Positions 30,310 through 41,948 of a stretch of DNA of 64,000 bases are shown one piece after another. This DNA comes from an uncultured Bacillota bacterium (lineage in GTDB: Bacteria; Bacillota_I; Bacilli_A; RF39; UBA660). The notes under the pieces were generated by a model. That model worked only from the letters and a program-made list of their open reading frames with translations, was not told the DNA's origin and searched no databases. Position 1 is the stretch's first letter. Each line of letters opens with the position of its first letter. The DNA is taken from NCBI GenBank assembly GCA_946611635.1, contig CAMODW010000003.1, forward strand, positions 2,364-66,363, in the 5' to 3' direction. Position numbers and translations under genes: made by a program.

Positions 30310-31698
30310 ATGGAAGAAGAAGCATTAAAAAAACTATATCAAGATTATTTAGAACTTGTTTATGAAACTAGCGAGTACGAATATGGCGAAAAAAAAGAAA
30401 CAAGAGATTTTGTTTTTCCTCGTAGGTTTAAGGTTGAATATGTTGATAATGATTCTATAATAAAGGATATTGCTACCGATCAGGTTGTTACTGTTCTTAG
30501 AAATAAAAAAGTTTCAGAGGAAATTTTTCCCGGTTTGTTTGGAGTAGAAAAAGAAGAAAGAGATAAATCCTGGTATGACTATTCTAGGTATTATTATTAT
30601 ATAGATTATATGGGCAGGAAGGTAAAACCTCTAAAAAAAAGTTTAAACACATCAAGAGAATATACTTGTGGAATTAGTAGGACAAGATTTAGAAAAGAAG
30701 GAAAATATTTTTTTAATGATCTTACTAGAGAATATGAACCTCTTGTATTTGATCCACTTGTATTCGAATATGAATATGAGTATGGACCACACGCCGATTT
30801 TACAGGACAAATGGCTATTCATATGGAAAATCAATATTATAAATTGTTTATTGGTGATGATAAAAAAGTATTTTTGTATAGAAAAGTTTTAGGTACATAT
30901 GAAGAATTAGCTTATAATAAAGTAGATAAGCAGAATAGTTCTTCTGAAAAAGGTTTTATAGCATTAGATATTAATTTTGATAGAAATATAATGAAAATTA
31001 ATGATACTTATTATTATATGACTCCATTTGATGTAGTAGATATTAGTGGTATGATGAAGAACAAGAGATGGAGCAGATCTATTAGGATAACTCCTGTAAA
31101 AGAGAAAATAATGTCTTATGATTTCTTTAAAACCAATATGAAAAAGAATAAAGATTTTTGGGATTTATTAGTTAAAGAAATAAATGAATTAAAACAAAAG
31201 AAGTATATTGAGGATTTAGAAAATGCGCAAAGAATTAAAGAACAAGAAGAATTATTAAGAAAGACTCAAAGAGCTAAGGAATTGTGGCAGAAAATTTTTG
31301 ATGCGATGAAAGAATTAAAAGAATTAGGAGATTTATCGATAGTAGGAAGAATAAAGGTAGATGAAGATCTTCTATTTATAAAAATTGGTGATCATCTAGA
31401 ATTTAATCCAGTATTTATAAACTATCTTAGCTTGATAGATTTAAGCTTAATAAGTTTTAAGAACGTAAAGGTTTCAGGATTAGATTTTAGTGGTTCAAAT
31501 GCTTTTATCGATCCGCAAATTGTATATGATAAAGATATGAGTAATGGTAATTATTCTGGTTTAGATTTTAACAGTGCTTCTTTTAATGGGGTTAATATTT
31601 GTGGCAGTAGTTTTATTGATTGCCCTATGGATTTTACTGACTTTGAAGGTGCTTTAAAAGATGATGATACAGTAATTGAAGGAAGTTATACCTTTTAA
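30310..31698 (+). CDS. Hypothetical protein with C-terminal pentapeptide-repeat region
   Basis: C-terminus VKVSGLDFSGSNAF...YSGLDFNSASFNGVNICGSSFIDCPMDFTDFEGA. Confidence 0.6.
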   Translation: MEEEALKKLYQDYLELVYETSEYEYGEKKETRDFVFPRRFKVEYVDNDSIIKDIATDQVVTVLRNKKVSEEIFPGLFGVEKEERDKSWYDYSRYYYYIDYMGRKVKPLKKSLNTSREYTCGISRTRFRKEGKYFFNDLTREYEPLVFDPLVFEYEYEYGPHADFTGQMAIHMENQYYKLFIGDDKKVFLYRKVLGTYEELAYNKVDKQNSSSEKGFIALDINFDRNIMKINDTYYYMTPFDVVDISGMMKNKRWSRSIRITPVKEKIMSYDFFKTNMKKNKDFWDLLVKEINELKQKKYIEDLENAQRIKEQEELLRKTQRAKELWQKIFDAMKELKELGDLSIVGRIKVDEDLLFIKIGDHLEFNPVFINYLSLIDLSLISFKNVKVSGLDFSGSNAFIDPQIVYDKDMSNGNYSGLDFNSASFNGVNICGSSFIDCPMDFTDFEGALKDDDTVIEGSYTF

Positions 31699-31702
31699 AA
31701 AA

Positions 31703-31730
31703 AGAATCGATTTATATCGATTCTTATTTT
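31703..31730. terminator. Bidirectional hairpin between convergent genes
   Basis: AGAATCGAT-TTAT-ATCGATTCT with flanking A and T runs. Overlaps the upp stop. Confidence 0.65.
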
Positions 31731-32353
31731 GTTCCATAAATTCTATCTCCAGCATCTCCGAGACCGGGAACTATATATTTATTTTCATTTAATTTTTCAT
31801 CAATGTGAGCAGTGAATATTTTTACATCTGGATGTTTTTTTGTTACTGCTTTTAATCCTTCTGGAGCAGATATAATGCATAAGAATTTTATCTTTTTAAC
31901 ACCTTTACTTTTTAATAAATCTATTGCATCTATGGCAGAACCACCAGTTGCTAACATTGGATCAATTATTATTACTTCTCTTTTTTCTATATCTTTTGGT
32001 ACTTTGAAAAAGTAGTTTACTGGTTCAAATGTTGTTTCGTCTCTATACATTCCTATATGACCTATTTTAGCATTTGGCATTACTTGAATTACTCCGTCAA
32101 GCATTCCCATTCCAGCTCTTAGAATAGGGATAAATGCATAATTATCATCATTTAATTTGCCTGTTTTCATTTTACAAATTGGTGTTTCTATTGTTTCTTC
32201 ATCTAATTTAGCGTCTGCTAATGCTTCATAGCATAGAAACATAGCTATTTCTTCTACTAATTCACGAAATTCCTTTGTACCCGTTTTTTTATCTCTTAAT
32301 ATAGCGAGTTTGTGCTCTATTAAAGGATGCTTTAGTTCTATAACGTTTTTCAT
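31724..32353 (-). CDS. upp: Uracil phosphoribosyltransferase
   Basis: 209 aa. [10 protein letters not shown] and [15 protein letters not shown]-binding motifs. Confidence 0.9.
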   Translation of the reverse strand: MKNVIELKHPLIEHKLAILRDKKTGTKEFRELVEEIAMFLCYEALADAKLDEETIETPICKMKTGKLNDDNYAFIPILRAGMGMLDGVIQVMPNAKIGHIGMYRDETTFEPVNYFFKVPKDIEKREVIIIDPMLATGGSAIDAIDLLKSKGVKKIKFLCIISAPEGLKAVTKKHPDVKIFTAHIDEKLNENKYIVPGLGDAGDRIYGTK

Positions 32354-32361
32354 TGTTGTTA

Positions 32362-33858
32362 TTATTCACCTCTTTTATTCTTTTTATCTTTGTTTAGTTC
32401 GCTTTTTATTTCTTCTAATAATTCATCTTTTAACTCTATTGTTAGTTCATCTTTTATAGCTTTTTTTAATTCGTCAATTTTAGATACTGCTTCATCTTTT
32501 ATTCTTTTTGATTCTTCGTGATTTGTTATTACGATTTCTTCTTCGTCTTCTTCATCAGTAATAAATAGGTTAAGTAGTATACCTGCTAGAGCAGCTAAAC
32601 TCATTCCAGATATTTCTACTGATATACCTTTTCCTGTTGCTATTGAGAATGCAGCTCCACCTAGTCCCAATACTAACATAGCTGATGCAATTATTATGTT
32701 TTTATTTATTGAAAAGTCTGTTTTATTTTCAATTAGAACTTTTAATCCGTTTATAGCTATAAAACCATATAATAATAAACATACTCCACCAAGAACTGGT
32801 TTTGGAATAGTTTGAACTATTGCATTAAATTTTCCTAAGAAACCAAGTATTATTGATATTACTGCAGCCATACCAATTACTCCAACAGAAGCGTTTTTAG
32901 TCATACCTACTACTGAAGTGTTTTCTCCATAAGTTGTATTTGCCGGTCCGCCTAAAGCACCAGCTGCTAATGTAGCTAAACCATCTCCTAATAATGTTTT
33001 GTCTAATCCCGGTTCTTGTAATAGGTCTTTGCCTATAATTGTACTTAATGCTTTATGATCACCAATGTGCTCAGCCATAGTTACTAATGCTATTGGAGCC
33101 ATGGTAATAGCTATTAATAGATTTGGTTTATAACTTACGAATGGTACGTGAAATTTTGGTACTTGGAACCATGCAGCAGATTTTATTATTTCAAAGTTTA
33201 CTAATCCAAATACACAAGATGTAAGGTATCCTACTGCTATTCCAACTAAGAATGGAATTATTTTAAAGAATCCTTTTGCTTTAGTCATTACAAGAGCTGT
33301 AGTCATAAAAGTTATTAAAGCTACCAAAGGTCCTTTCCATTCGATTCCTTTAACTGCTGATGAAGTATCAAATATGTTTCCAACAGCACTACCAGCTAGT
33401 CCTAATCCGATAATCATAATCATTGGACCTATTACTATTGGTGGTAGTATTTTGTCTATCCATTTCTTTCCAACTATTCTAATAATGATAGAGGTAATTA
33501 TATATATTATACCTATAACCATTACACCAGTCATTGCTCCTGATAGACCTCCACTTACTCCTCCTTTTTTAGCTCCAGCTATATAAGCAGCAGCAATTGG
33601 AGCAATAAAAGCAAATGAGCTACCTAAAAATACAGGTGATTTTGCTCTTGTACATGCTATATAAATTAAAGTTCCTATTCCGGCTGTTACAAGTGCGACT
33701 GCAATTGATAATGCTTCTCCTTTAACTCCCGCTTTGGCGATAGCATCATTTACTAAGATAGGCACTAATATCGTAGCACCGAACATAGCAAATACGTGTT
33801 GTATTGCTAATATTAAGCTTTTACCAAATGGTGGCATTTCATCGACGTCATACATCAT
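32362..33858 (-). CDS. pyrP: Uracil/xanthine permease (NCS2 family) with charged C-terminal extension
   Basis: NCS2-type multi-pass protein ([16 protein letters not shown]). Lies directly upstream of upp. The last ~60 aa are E/K-rich. Confidence 0.8.
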   Translation of the reverse strand: MMYDVDEMPPFGKSLILAIQHVFAMFGATILVPILVNDAIAKAGVKGEALSIAVALVTAGIGTLIYIACTRAKSPVFLGSSFAFIAPIAAAYIAGAKKGGVSGGLSGAMTGVMVIGIIYIITSIIIRIVGKKWIDKILPPIVIGPMIMIIGLGLAGSAVGNIFDTSSAVKGIEWKGPLVALITFMTTALVMTKAKGFFKIIPFLVGIAVGYLTSCVFGLVNFEIIKSAAWFQVPKFHVPFVSYKPNLLIAITMAPIALVTMAEHIGDHKALSTIIGKDLLQEPGLDKTLLGDGLATLAAGALGGPANTTYGENTSVVGMTKNASVGVIGMAAVISIILGFLGKFNAIVQTIPKPVLGGVCLLLYGFIAINGLKVLIENKTDFSINKNIIIASAMLVLGLGGAAFSIATGKGISVEISGMSLAALAGILLNLFITDEEDEEEIVITNHEESKRIKDEAVSKIDELKKAIKDELTIELKDELLEEIKSELNKDKKNKRGE

Positions 33859-33903
33859 TTTTTTGTTTTTTATAAAAATCTCCTCCTTCTTAGGGTGCCA
33901 TTA

Positions 33904-33938
33904 TAAAAAAAGAAGATATTTTTAGAAAAATATCTTCT
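33904..33938 (-). promoter_or_regulatory. Terminator-type hairpin inside the permease 5' leader (candidate transcription attenuator)
   Basis: On the minus strand: AGAAGATATTTTT-CT-AAAAATATCTTCT followed by T7, about 45 nt upstream of the start codon. Confidence 0.5.
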
Positions 33939-34200
33939 TTGTTAATAAAATAGGCATAGATAAAAATAGGAAAATTAGCCCTCTTTTTAAATTATTAGGA
34001 ACTTTAGGAATATCAATTGATAAGCTAATTTTTCTAAGAAATCTATTCATAAATCCACCCTTATTAAGATAATAATATAAAAAAATATAAAAAACAAGAA
34101 AAAGTTTTGTGGATTATTAATAAGTTTAGAATAACTTGTGGAATAGTAGTGTTTGTATGTTTAATAATGTGTTATTATTATAGTATCTAGGAGGAAGATT

Positions 34201-35574
34201 ATGATTAATATTAAGATAGATTCAAGGAAAGTAGTAAAGGGAGATACTTTTGTTGCTCTTAGGGGAGCTGTTGTAGATGGGCATTCTTTTATAGATAAAG
34301 CTATTGAAAATGGAGCAACTAAGGTTGTGGTAGAAGAAGATGTGGAATGTTCTGTTCCTAAGTTAGTAGTTAAAGATACTAATAAATGGTTAACTGATTA
34401 TATTTCAAATACTTATTCAAGTGAAATAAATGAAATGGAGATATTAGGTGTAACAGGAACTAATGGTAAAACTACTACTGCTTATTTAACTTATCAAATG
34501 TTAAATAAGCTTGGTAAAAAAACAGCTTATATAGGAACAATAGGTTTTTATATTCCGGGAGAAGATGTATTAGAATTACCAAATACAACACCTAATATAT
34601 TGGATTTGTATGAATTGTTACTAACAGCTAAAGATAAGGGATGCAGAGCGGTAATAATGGAAGTAAGTTCTCATGCTTTAGATCAAGAAAGAACAAAGGG
34701 AATTGAGTTTGAGGTAGGAGCTTTTACAAATTTAACTCAAGATCATTTAGATTATCATAAAACTATGGAGAAATATTTAGAAGCTAAATTGTTGTTTGTT
34801 AAACAATTGAAAGGAAAGTTAATAGTAAATATTGATGATAGTTATGGAAAAGAATGGCTAGGTAAGTATGATAATTGTGTAACTTTGGGTAAAAATGGAA
34901 AAGATTATACCATTAAAGATTTTAGTGATACAAAAAAGGGAACTTTATTAGATGTATCTATATATAATAAGGATTATAAAATTGAAACTAATTTGAGAAG
35001 TAGTTTTAATGTTTATAATTACTTAACAGCTTTAGCTTTTGCTCATAATTTAGGATATAGTGTTGAAGAAATAATAGAGGTTACTAAAGATGTTTATCCA
35101 CCTAAAGGTAGATGCGAGCAAATTCGAGTAGGTAAAGGAGAAGCGGTAGTTGATTATGCTCATACTCCTGATGCTGTTGAAAAAATAATAGATGCTTTCA
35201 ATGCCACAGCTCGTGGTAAAGTTATTACATTAGTAGGTTGTGGTGGAGATCGAGATCCAAAGAAAAGGCCGATAATGGGTAAGATAGCGGCTTCTAAGAG
35301 TGATTATGTAATCTTTACTTCTGATAATCCACGTACAGAAGATCCACAAAAAATAATGGATGACATATTAGCTGGAGTAGAAACTAGTAATTATGAAGTT
35401 GAGTTAGATAGAAGAAAAGCTATTGTTAAGGCTTTGGATATGATTCAAGGTGAAGATGTAGTGTTACTACTAGGTAAAGGTCATGAAGATTATCAAATAC
35501 TAGGACGCGAAAAAGTTCATTTTGATGATGCTGAAGAAGTGAAAAAATATGTTGATAATCATAAAAACATATAG
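34201..35574 (+). CDS. murE: UDP-N-acetylmuramoyl-tripeptide synthetase MurE (DNPR motif suggests meso-DAP adding)
   Basis: GVTGTNGKTT P-loop and SDNPRTEDP motif. 457 aa. Confidence 0.85.
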   Translation: MINIKIDSRKVVKGDTFVALRGAVVDGHSFIDKAIENGATKVVVEEDVECSVPKLVVKDTNKWLTDYISNTYSSEINEMEILGVTGTNGKTTTAYLTYQMLNKLGKKTAYIGTIGFYIPGEDVLELPNTTPNILDLYELLLTAKDKGCRAVIMEVSSHALDQERTKGIEFEVGAFTNLTQDHLDYHKTMEKYLEAKLLFVKQLKGKLIVNIDDSYGKEWLGKYDNCVTLGKNGKDYTIKDFSDTKKGTLLDVSIYNKDYKIETNLRSSFNVYNYLTALAFAHNLGYSVEEIIEVTKDVYPPKGRCEQIRVGKGEAVVDYAHTPDAVEKIIDAFNATARGKVITLVGCGGDRDPKKRPIMGKIAASKSDYVIFTSDNPRTEDPQKIMDDILAGVETSNYEVELDRRKAIVKALDMIQGEDVVLLLGKGHEDYQILGREKVHFDDAEEVKKYVDNHKNI

Positions 35575-35651
35575 ATAATATATAAAAAGTAGGCAAAAAC
35601 ACTTGCATTATTAAAAAAAATGTGTATAATTAAAGATGCCTACTTTAATTT

Positions 35652-35725
35652 GCAGGTGTAGTTTAATGGTAGAGCTTCAGCCTTCCAAGCTGATAACGTG
35701 GGTTCGATTCCCATCACCTGCTCCA
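35652..35725 (+). tRNA. tRNA-Gly (anticodon UCC)
   Basis: GCAGGTG acceptor, anticodon loop CTTCCAA, T-arm GTGGG-TTCGATT-CCCAT, encoded CCA. Upstream is TTGCAT-16-TATAAT. Confidence 0.9.
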
Positions 35726-35736
35726 TTTAAAATTAG

Positions 35737-35759
35737 CTAGTCGATAGACTAGTTTTTTT
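35737..35759 (+). terminator. tRNA-Gly terminator; copy 1 of the CTAGTCGATAGACTAG-T6 hairpin repeat
   Basis: CTAGTC-GATA-GACTAG followed by T7. Confidence 0.75.
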
Positions 35760-35840
35760 ATGTATTGGCAATAATTTCAGAACATGAGGGACACATAGCA
35801 GGTTCATCCTCTACAACTTTTACATCATAAAAAAAGGGTT

Positions 35841-36314
35841 TTATATATCCCTTTTTCTTATATATTCTTTTATTTCTTTTATTATTTCTAATATAATGTC
35901 TTTTTCTTGTGCACTAATAATTCCTCTATCTCTATATGTTTTATCAATTATTTCAAATTCTTTTGGAGAAATGTCGAGCTCTTTACAAACATTTATTATA
36001 CCACTGGTTCCTCCCGGATATTCATCTTCTATAAATTCCCAAAAATTGAATAATGAATCAGTAACAAGTTCATGTATATTATTATCATTTCCTTGTAATC
36101 GTTCTTCTATCATTTTTTTTAATGTTGTCCTTCTTGGATTCATTATAAAGTTTTTATCTATATCAAAATCATGTTTTAATAACTCTTTTTCTAAATCTTC
36201 TAATAATATTTTTATTTCGGGCACTTTCATAGATTTAGACCATATTTTATTACTATCTACTGAATTCATAAATGTATTTCTCTTTAAATAATTCTTTTTC
36301 TTTATTTCATCCAT
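35841..36314 (-). CDS. Hypothetical 157-aa protein, sole gene between two identical hairpin repeats
   Basis: ORF with GGAGAAT upstream of the ATG. No recognisable motif. Confidence 0.55.
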   Translation of the reverse strand: MDEIKKKNYLKRNTFMNSVDSNKIWSKSMKVPEIKILLEDLEKELLKHDFDIDKNFIMNPRRTTLKKMIEERLQGNDNNIHELVTDSLFNFWEFIEDEYPGGTSGIINVCKELDISPKEFEIIDKTYRDRGIISAQEKDIILEIIKEIKEYIRKRDI

Positions 36315-36389
36315 ATTATCATTCTCCTTAAATTAAATTATATAATAATTTTAAGCTTTTTAATATACTTTGATAAGTGTGGTATACAA

Positions 36390-36411
36390 CTAGTCGATAG
36401 ACTAGTTTTTT
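36390..36411 (+). repeat. Copy 2 of the CTAGTCGATAGACTAG-T6 hairpin (22/22 identical to 35737-35758)
   Basis: Direct repeat 653 bp downstream of copy 1. No + strand gene lies upstream for it to terminate. Confidence 0.8.
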
Positions 36412-36462
36412 ATATGCAAGAAGAGAAAAATAACACATATAGTAAAAACTACCATAAATATA

Positions 36463-36489
36463 TTGACTTTTTCTTACATATGGTATAAT
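36463..36489 (+). promoter_or_regulatory. Sigma-A-type promoter of the purB operon
   Basis: TTGACT, 15-nt spacer, TGgTATAAT (extended -10). About 25 nt upstream of the purB RBS. Confidence 0.6.
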
Positions 36490-36513
36490 ATACTATATGT
36501 AAGGAGGGAAAAT

Positions 36514-37861
36514 ATGAATAGATTGAAAATGATATCACCAATAGATGGTAGGTATTGTAATTATACTAACGTACTTGAAGATTATTTTAGTGAATATGCT
36601 TATTTAAAATATCGCTTTAATATTGAAATTGATTGGTTAAGTTATTTGATGCAATTAAAAATGATTATTAATACTGAAAAAGCAAAAAAAGAGCTTAATA
36701 ATATTAAAAAATCTTTTTCTTTGGATAGTGCAAAAAAAAATAAAAGAAATAGAAAGAATAACAAACCATGATGTTAAAGCAATAGAATATTATATTAGAA
36801 AAATTTTGAAAGCTAAAAAATTAGATGAATTAGAAAGCTTTGTTCATTTTGGCTTAACGTCTGAGGATGTTAATAATTTGGCAATTTCAAAGATGTTAAA
36901 AGATTTTCTTGAGAGTACATTTTTTATTAAAGTAGAAGAGTTAATAAATGAATTAGTAGAAAAGAAAATGGCTTATAAGGATATAACCATGTTATCACAT
37001 ACTCATGGTCAGCCAGCTACACCAACAACTGTTGGTAAAGAGCTTGCAGTATATATCTATCGAATAAAAACTATAGCTAATACAATAAAATCTTTAAAAC
37101 TTAGAGGTAAACTTTCTGGAGCTGTTGGTAACTTTGCTGCGTTAGTTGTAGCTTATCCAGATAAAGATTGGTTAAAAGTATCTAAAAAGTTTGTTGAAAG
37201 TCAAGGACTAGAATTTAATCTGTTAACAACACAAATTGAATCTCATGATGTCTTATGTATGATTCTGAATTTAGTAAAAAATCTAAATAATATTGTTTAT
37301 GATTTGAATCAAGATATGTGGTTGTATATTTCAAACAGTTATTTCAAATTAAAAGTAATTGATAAAGAAGTAGGATCTTCTGTAATGCCACATAAGGTTA
37401 ATCCAATTAATTTTGAAAATTCAATGGCTAATATGAGATTATCAAATTCTTTAATAGATTGTTTAGTTGATAATTTACAAATATCTAGAATGCAAAGGGA
37501 TTTATCAGATTCTTCGTTTCAAAGAAATATAGGGGTTTTATTTGGGTATTTTTTAGTAGGTATTAATCAAACGATAGTAGGGTTAAAGAAATGTGAGATT
37601 AATAACGAAAAAATAAGTGATGATTTAAAAAATAATCCTGAAGTTATCGCTGAAGCAATTCAAACCGTTTTAAGAAAGAATAAAGATACTAAAGCATATG
37701 AAAAATTAAAAAAAATAACACGAGGTAAAAACGTTTCAATAAATGCTCTTTATAAATACATAAATAAATTAGATATTAATGACGATGATAAAAATAGTCT
37801 GCTTAATCTTAATGTTGAAGATTATATAGGATTATCTAAAGAATTGTCAGATTTAGTTTAG
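36514..37861 (+). pseudogene. purB: Adenylosuccinate lyase (E. coli-type PurB) interrupted by a reading-frame change in an A9 tract
   Basis: The N-terminal 75 codons (MNRLKMISPIDGRY...SFSLDSAKK) are in frame 1 and the rest (IKEIERITNHDVKAIEYY...) in frame 2. With eight A instead of nine at 36732-36740, the two parts join as ...SAKKIKEIERITNHD.... Confidence 0.8.
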
Positions 37862-37871
37862 GAGGTAAAGT

Positions 37872-38426
37872 ATGGAAATAACAGCTACTATATTAGGTTT
37901 AGTGCAAGGAATATTAGTTATGCTTAATAGAAGAAGTAACTGGATATTCTATATATTTCAAATGATATTTTTAATAATATTTTCTAGTATTAATCATTTA
38001 TATGGAGATGTTGTAAACAATTCATTTTATCTAATTCTTGGATTTATAGGATTTCTTGAATGGAGCGAGAATAAGAAATCGATCAATATAGGAAGGGCTA
38101 CTAATGATGAAAAAATTAAATATATTGTAATAATTGTTATGGGAACAATGGTGCTAAATGTATTCTTAAAAGCAACAAATGATCCATTACCATTATTAGA
38201 TTCGTTTACAACAATAAGTAGTTTAGTAGCAACTTATTATATGATAAGAAAAAAAATAGATACTTGGATTATTTGGTTTATAAACGATGTGTTTTATGCA
38301 ATAGAGTATTTTATGTTACCAAAACAGGCGTTATATTTGTTCTTATTAAATATAGTTTGGGCGTTTATGGCAATAGGTTCTTATTTTAATTGGTATAGGA
38401 TAATGAAAGGACAAGAAGCAACATGA
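37872..38426 (+). CDS. PnuC-family nucleoside (nicotinamide riboside-type) transporter
   Basis: 184 aa, about 7 TM helices, with conserved aromatic/Trp pattern typical of PnuC. Substrate not inferable. Confidence 0.7.
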   Translation: MEITATILGLVQGILVMLNRRSNWIFYIFQMIFLIIFSSINHLYGDVVNNSFYLILGFIGFLEWSENKKSINIGRATNDEKIKYIVIIVMGTMVLNVFLKATNDPLPLLDSFTTISSLVATYYMIRKKIDTWIIWFINDVFYAIEYFMLPKQALYLFLLNIVWAFMAIGSYFNWYRIMKGQEAT

Positions 38427-38932
38427 TTAAACTATTTTATTCAGGAACTTATAAAGTTCGTCACGAATTGATTAATAAAGAAAATGTATTAGAAATGTTA
38501 AAAGATGATATAAGAAGCAAAATAGTTGGTAATGTTAAAGATACTGTTTATGCTTCAAATGGGGTGGTAATTAATAAAAATAAAAATGTTATGTATATTG
38601 GAGGTTTTTATTATGAGAAACAAGATGAAAATAAGTCGGTTTGTGAAAATGTTGTAAGTGAAGAATTAAAACAAATAGATAAATGCGATTTAGTAGTTGC
38701 TAATCTAACTAAGTACTCTGCAATAGCATCTATTACAGAGATAATATATGCAGCATTTAAACGAAAAAAGATTGTAATATTTTGTGATCCTAAAATAACT
38801 AGCTATGAAATAGAGGGAGAATATTGGTTTCCAATATTGGCTTGTAAACAATTAAATAAAAATATAGAAGTTAAGTTTGTAAATAATGAAAAAGAAATAA
38901 TAAATTATATCAATGAATTAAAGGAGGAATAA
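38423..38932 (+). CDS. Nucleoside 2-deoxyribosyltransferase / DNPH1-like fold protein
   Basis: CDLVVANLTKYSAIASITEIIYAAFKRKKIVIF parallels the ADVVVAE..S.G..YE.G.A...KP motif of that superfamily. Overlaps the pnuC-like stop by 4 nt. Confidence 0.5.
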   Translation: MIKLFYSGTYKVRHELINKENVLEMLKDDIRSKIVGNVKDTVYASNGVVINKNKNVMYIGGFYYEKQDENKSVCENVVSEELKQIDKCDLVVANLTKYSAIASITEIIYAAFKRKKIVIFCDPKITSYEIEGEYWFPILACKQLNKNIEVKFVNNEKEIINYINELKEE

Positions 38933-40195
<1,263 letters not shown>

Positions 40196-40211
40196 AAAAG
40201 GAGAAATAAAT

Positions 40212-41498
40212 ATGAAGGTTGACGTAATAGTTGGGGGACTATATGGAGATGAAGGAAAAGGGAAAGTTGTTTCTAATTTAGGAAAAAACTACGATTATAT
40301 ATTTAGAGTTAATGCATCTACAAATGCTTCGCATACAGTTGTATTAGAAGATGGTAAAATGTTTGTTACTAAACAATTACCTTCTGTATTTGGTAAAGAG
40401 GATATTAAATTTGTTGTTGCTCCTGGAGCTGTATTAAATTTACATGCTTTAAGATTAGAACTAGAAAGTAGAAATGATTTAGATAAGATGTATAACAAAG
40501 TAACTATTGCTTCTAGTATAAGCTTGTTAATTAATCCGTATATTGATCGTAATAAAGAACAAAATCATTCTAAAAAATATGGTAGTACTAATCAAGGAAC
40601 TGGTAATGCAATAATTGCAAGAGATGCTAGACATTCTGTTAAATTAATGGATGTTAAAAATGTAATAAACAAAACTGTTTCTTTTGAATCTTTGGTTGAT
40701 AAAATTAAAGAATCTTGCTTTGAGCTAGATAAATCATTTTATCAAGATAAAGCGAATGAATACTTTGTTTTAGAAGCTAATAGTCTTATGGAAGATTATA
40801 AAAGAATAGAAGAATTAATAGGGGATTTTTGCAAGGATTATAGTAATTTCTTGTATAATATTGAATCTGATTCTAATATCCTTATAGAGGGGTGCAATGG
40901 AATTATGTTAGATAATTTACATGGGCTTAATCCGTTTACAACTAGTTCTTCAACTAGTATCAATTCATTATTAAATGGAGCAAATATTAGTCCGTGTTAT
41001 TTAAATGAAATGTATGTCATAATTACTGGTTATTTTTGTTGCTTAAATAAGAGACCTTTCTTAACAGAAATGGAATCTAATGAAGCAGATAAATTATATA
41101 AGTATAATTCTGAAGTAGATGATGCTGAAAATATGAAAAGAAGACTTGGGTGGTTTGATTTACCTACTTTAAGAAAATCTTTGATAGGACATAAAAAAGC
41201 TAAACTAATCTTAAATAAATTAGATATTATGCAAGATTTAGATGTAGTAAAAGTATGCGATTATTATTTAAATGAAAATGGTGACAAAATATATGTAATG
41301 CCAGACGATACCCACGAATTAAAGAAATTAAGGCCTCATTATAAAGAGTTTAAAGGCTGGGGGAATATAGATAATATAGATAAAGATAGTATTCCAACAT
41401 CTTTGAAAGAATATATTAAATATATTGAAAAAGAAACAAAAGAAAAAGTTGCTTATATAGGAGTAGGAAGAAAAGATAAGGATTTAATAGAGCTCTAG
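40212..41498 (+). CDS. Divergent adenylosuccinate-synthase-family paralog (substrate unknown)
   Basis: Keeps the GDEGKGK P-loop, a His in NASHT, NKLD, and TTSSS. Changes are GTTxxGIGPAY to GSTNQGTGNAI, EGAQ to EGCN, and the Asp-binding GTTTxRPRRCGW loop to AENMKRRLGW. Confidence 0.7.
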   Translation: MKVDVIVGGLYGDEGKGKVVSNLGKNYDYIFRVNASTNASHTVVLEDGKMFVTKQLPSVFGKEDIKFVVAPGAVLNLHALRLELESRNDLDKMYNKVTIASSISLLINPYIDRNKEQNHSKKYGSTNQGTGNAIIARDARHSVKLMDVKNVINKTVSFESLVDKIKESCFELDKSFYQDKANEYFVLEANSLMEDYKRIEELIGDFCKDYSNFLYNIESDSNILIEGCNGIMLDNLHGLNPFTTSSSTSINSLLNGANISPCYLNEMYVIITGYFCCLNKRPFLTEMESNEADKLYKYNSEVDDAENMKRRLGWFDLPTLRKSLIGHKKAKLILNKLDIMQDLDVVKVCDYYLNENGDKIYVMPDDTHELKKLRPHYKEFKGWGNIDNIDKDSIPTSLKEYIKYIEKETKEKVAYIGVGRKDKDLIEL

Positions 41499-41513
41499 AA
41501 GAGGAAGAATAAT

Positions 41514-41924
41514 ATGATAATACTAGAAGGAACAGATGCAGTAGGTAAAAGTAGTGTAATTAATAATTTAAATGATTATAAATTATTAGATCGCGATAAA
41601 AAAATCTGTAAACTATTTGATTTTAATGTATCATTATTAGATCGAGTAAATAAATTAAATGAATATTTAAATAATAATAAAAACTATATAATAATTTTAG
41701 TTAATAATGATAAAGAGGAATTAGAAAGAAGAGTTGATTTAAGAGATACAATTGATGAATACGATAGATATACTTACTTATATAATCTATTATATTTAGA
41801 AACATATTTATATATGGAAAAGAATGATTTGCTTCGTAATAGAATATTTATGGTAGATTGTACAGGATTAACTTTAGAAGAACAAACGAATAGAGTAAAA
41901 GAAATAGTAGATGAAATGGTTTAA
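41514..41924 (+). CDS. Small P-loop nucleoside/nucleotide kinase-like protein
   Basis: N-terminal ILEGTDAVGKSS resembles the dTMP-kinase-type EGxDxxGKS/T P-loop. Only 136 aa. Confidence 0.5.
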   Translation: MIILEGTDAVGKSSVINNLNDYKLLDRDKKICKLFDFNVSLLDRVNKLNEYLNNNKNYIIILVNNDKEELERRVDLRDTIDEYDRYTYLYNLLYLETYLYMEKNDLLRNRIFMVDCTGLTLEEQTNRVKEIVDEMV

Positions 41925-41948
41925 TAAAATAGAAAGGTAGTAAATAAT

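Noticed and set aside
40212-41498. Calling the divergent PurA paralog a PurZ (2-aminoadenine pathway) enzyme
   Set aside because: It is 428 aa, whereas to my recollection PurZ is shorter and of the archaeal-PurA type. No DatZ/MazZ/DpoZ-type or phage genes are nearby. I cannot verify diagnostic residues without an alignment. PurZ is kept only as an analogy.
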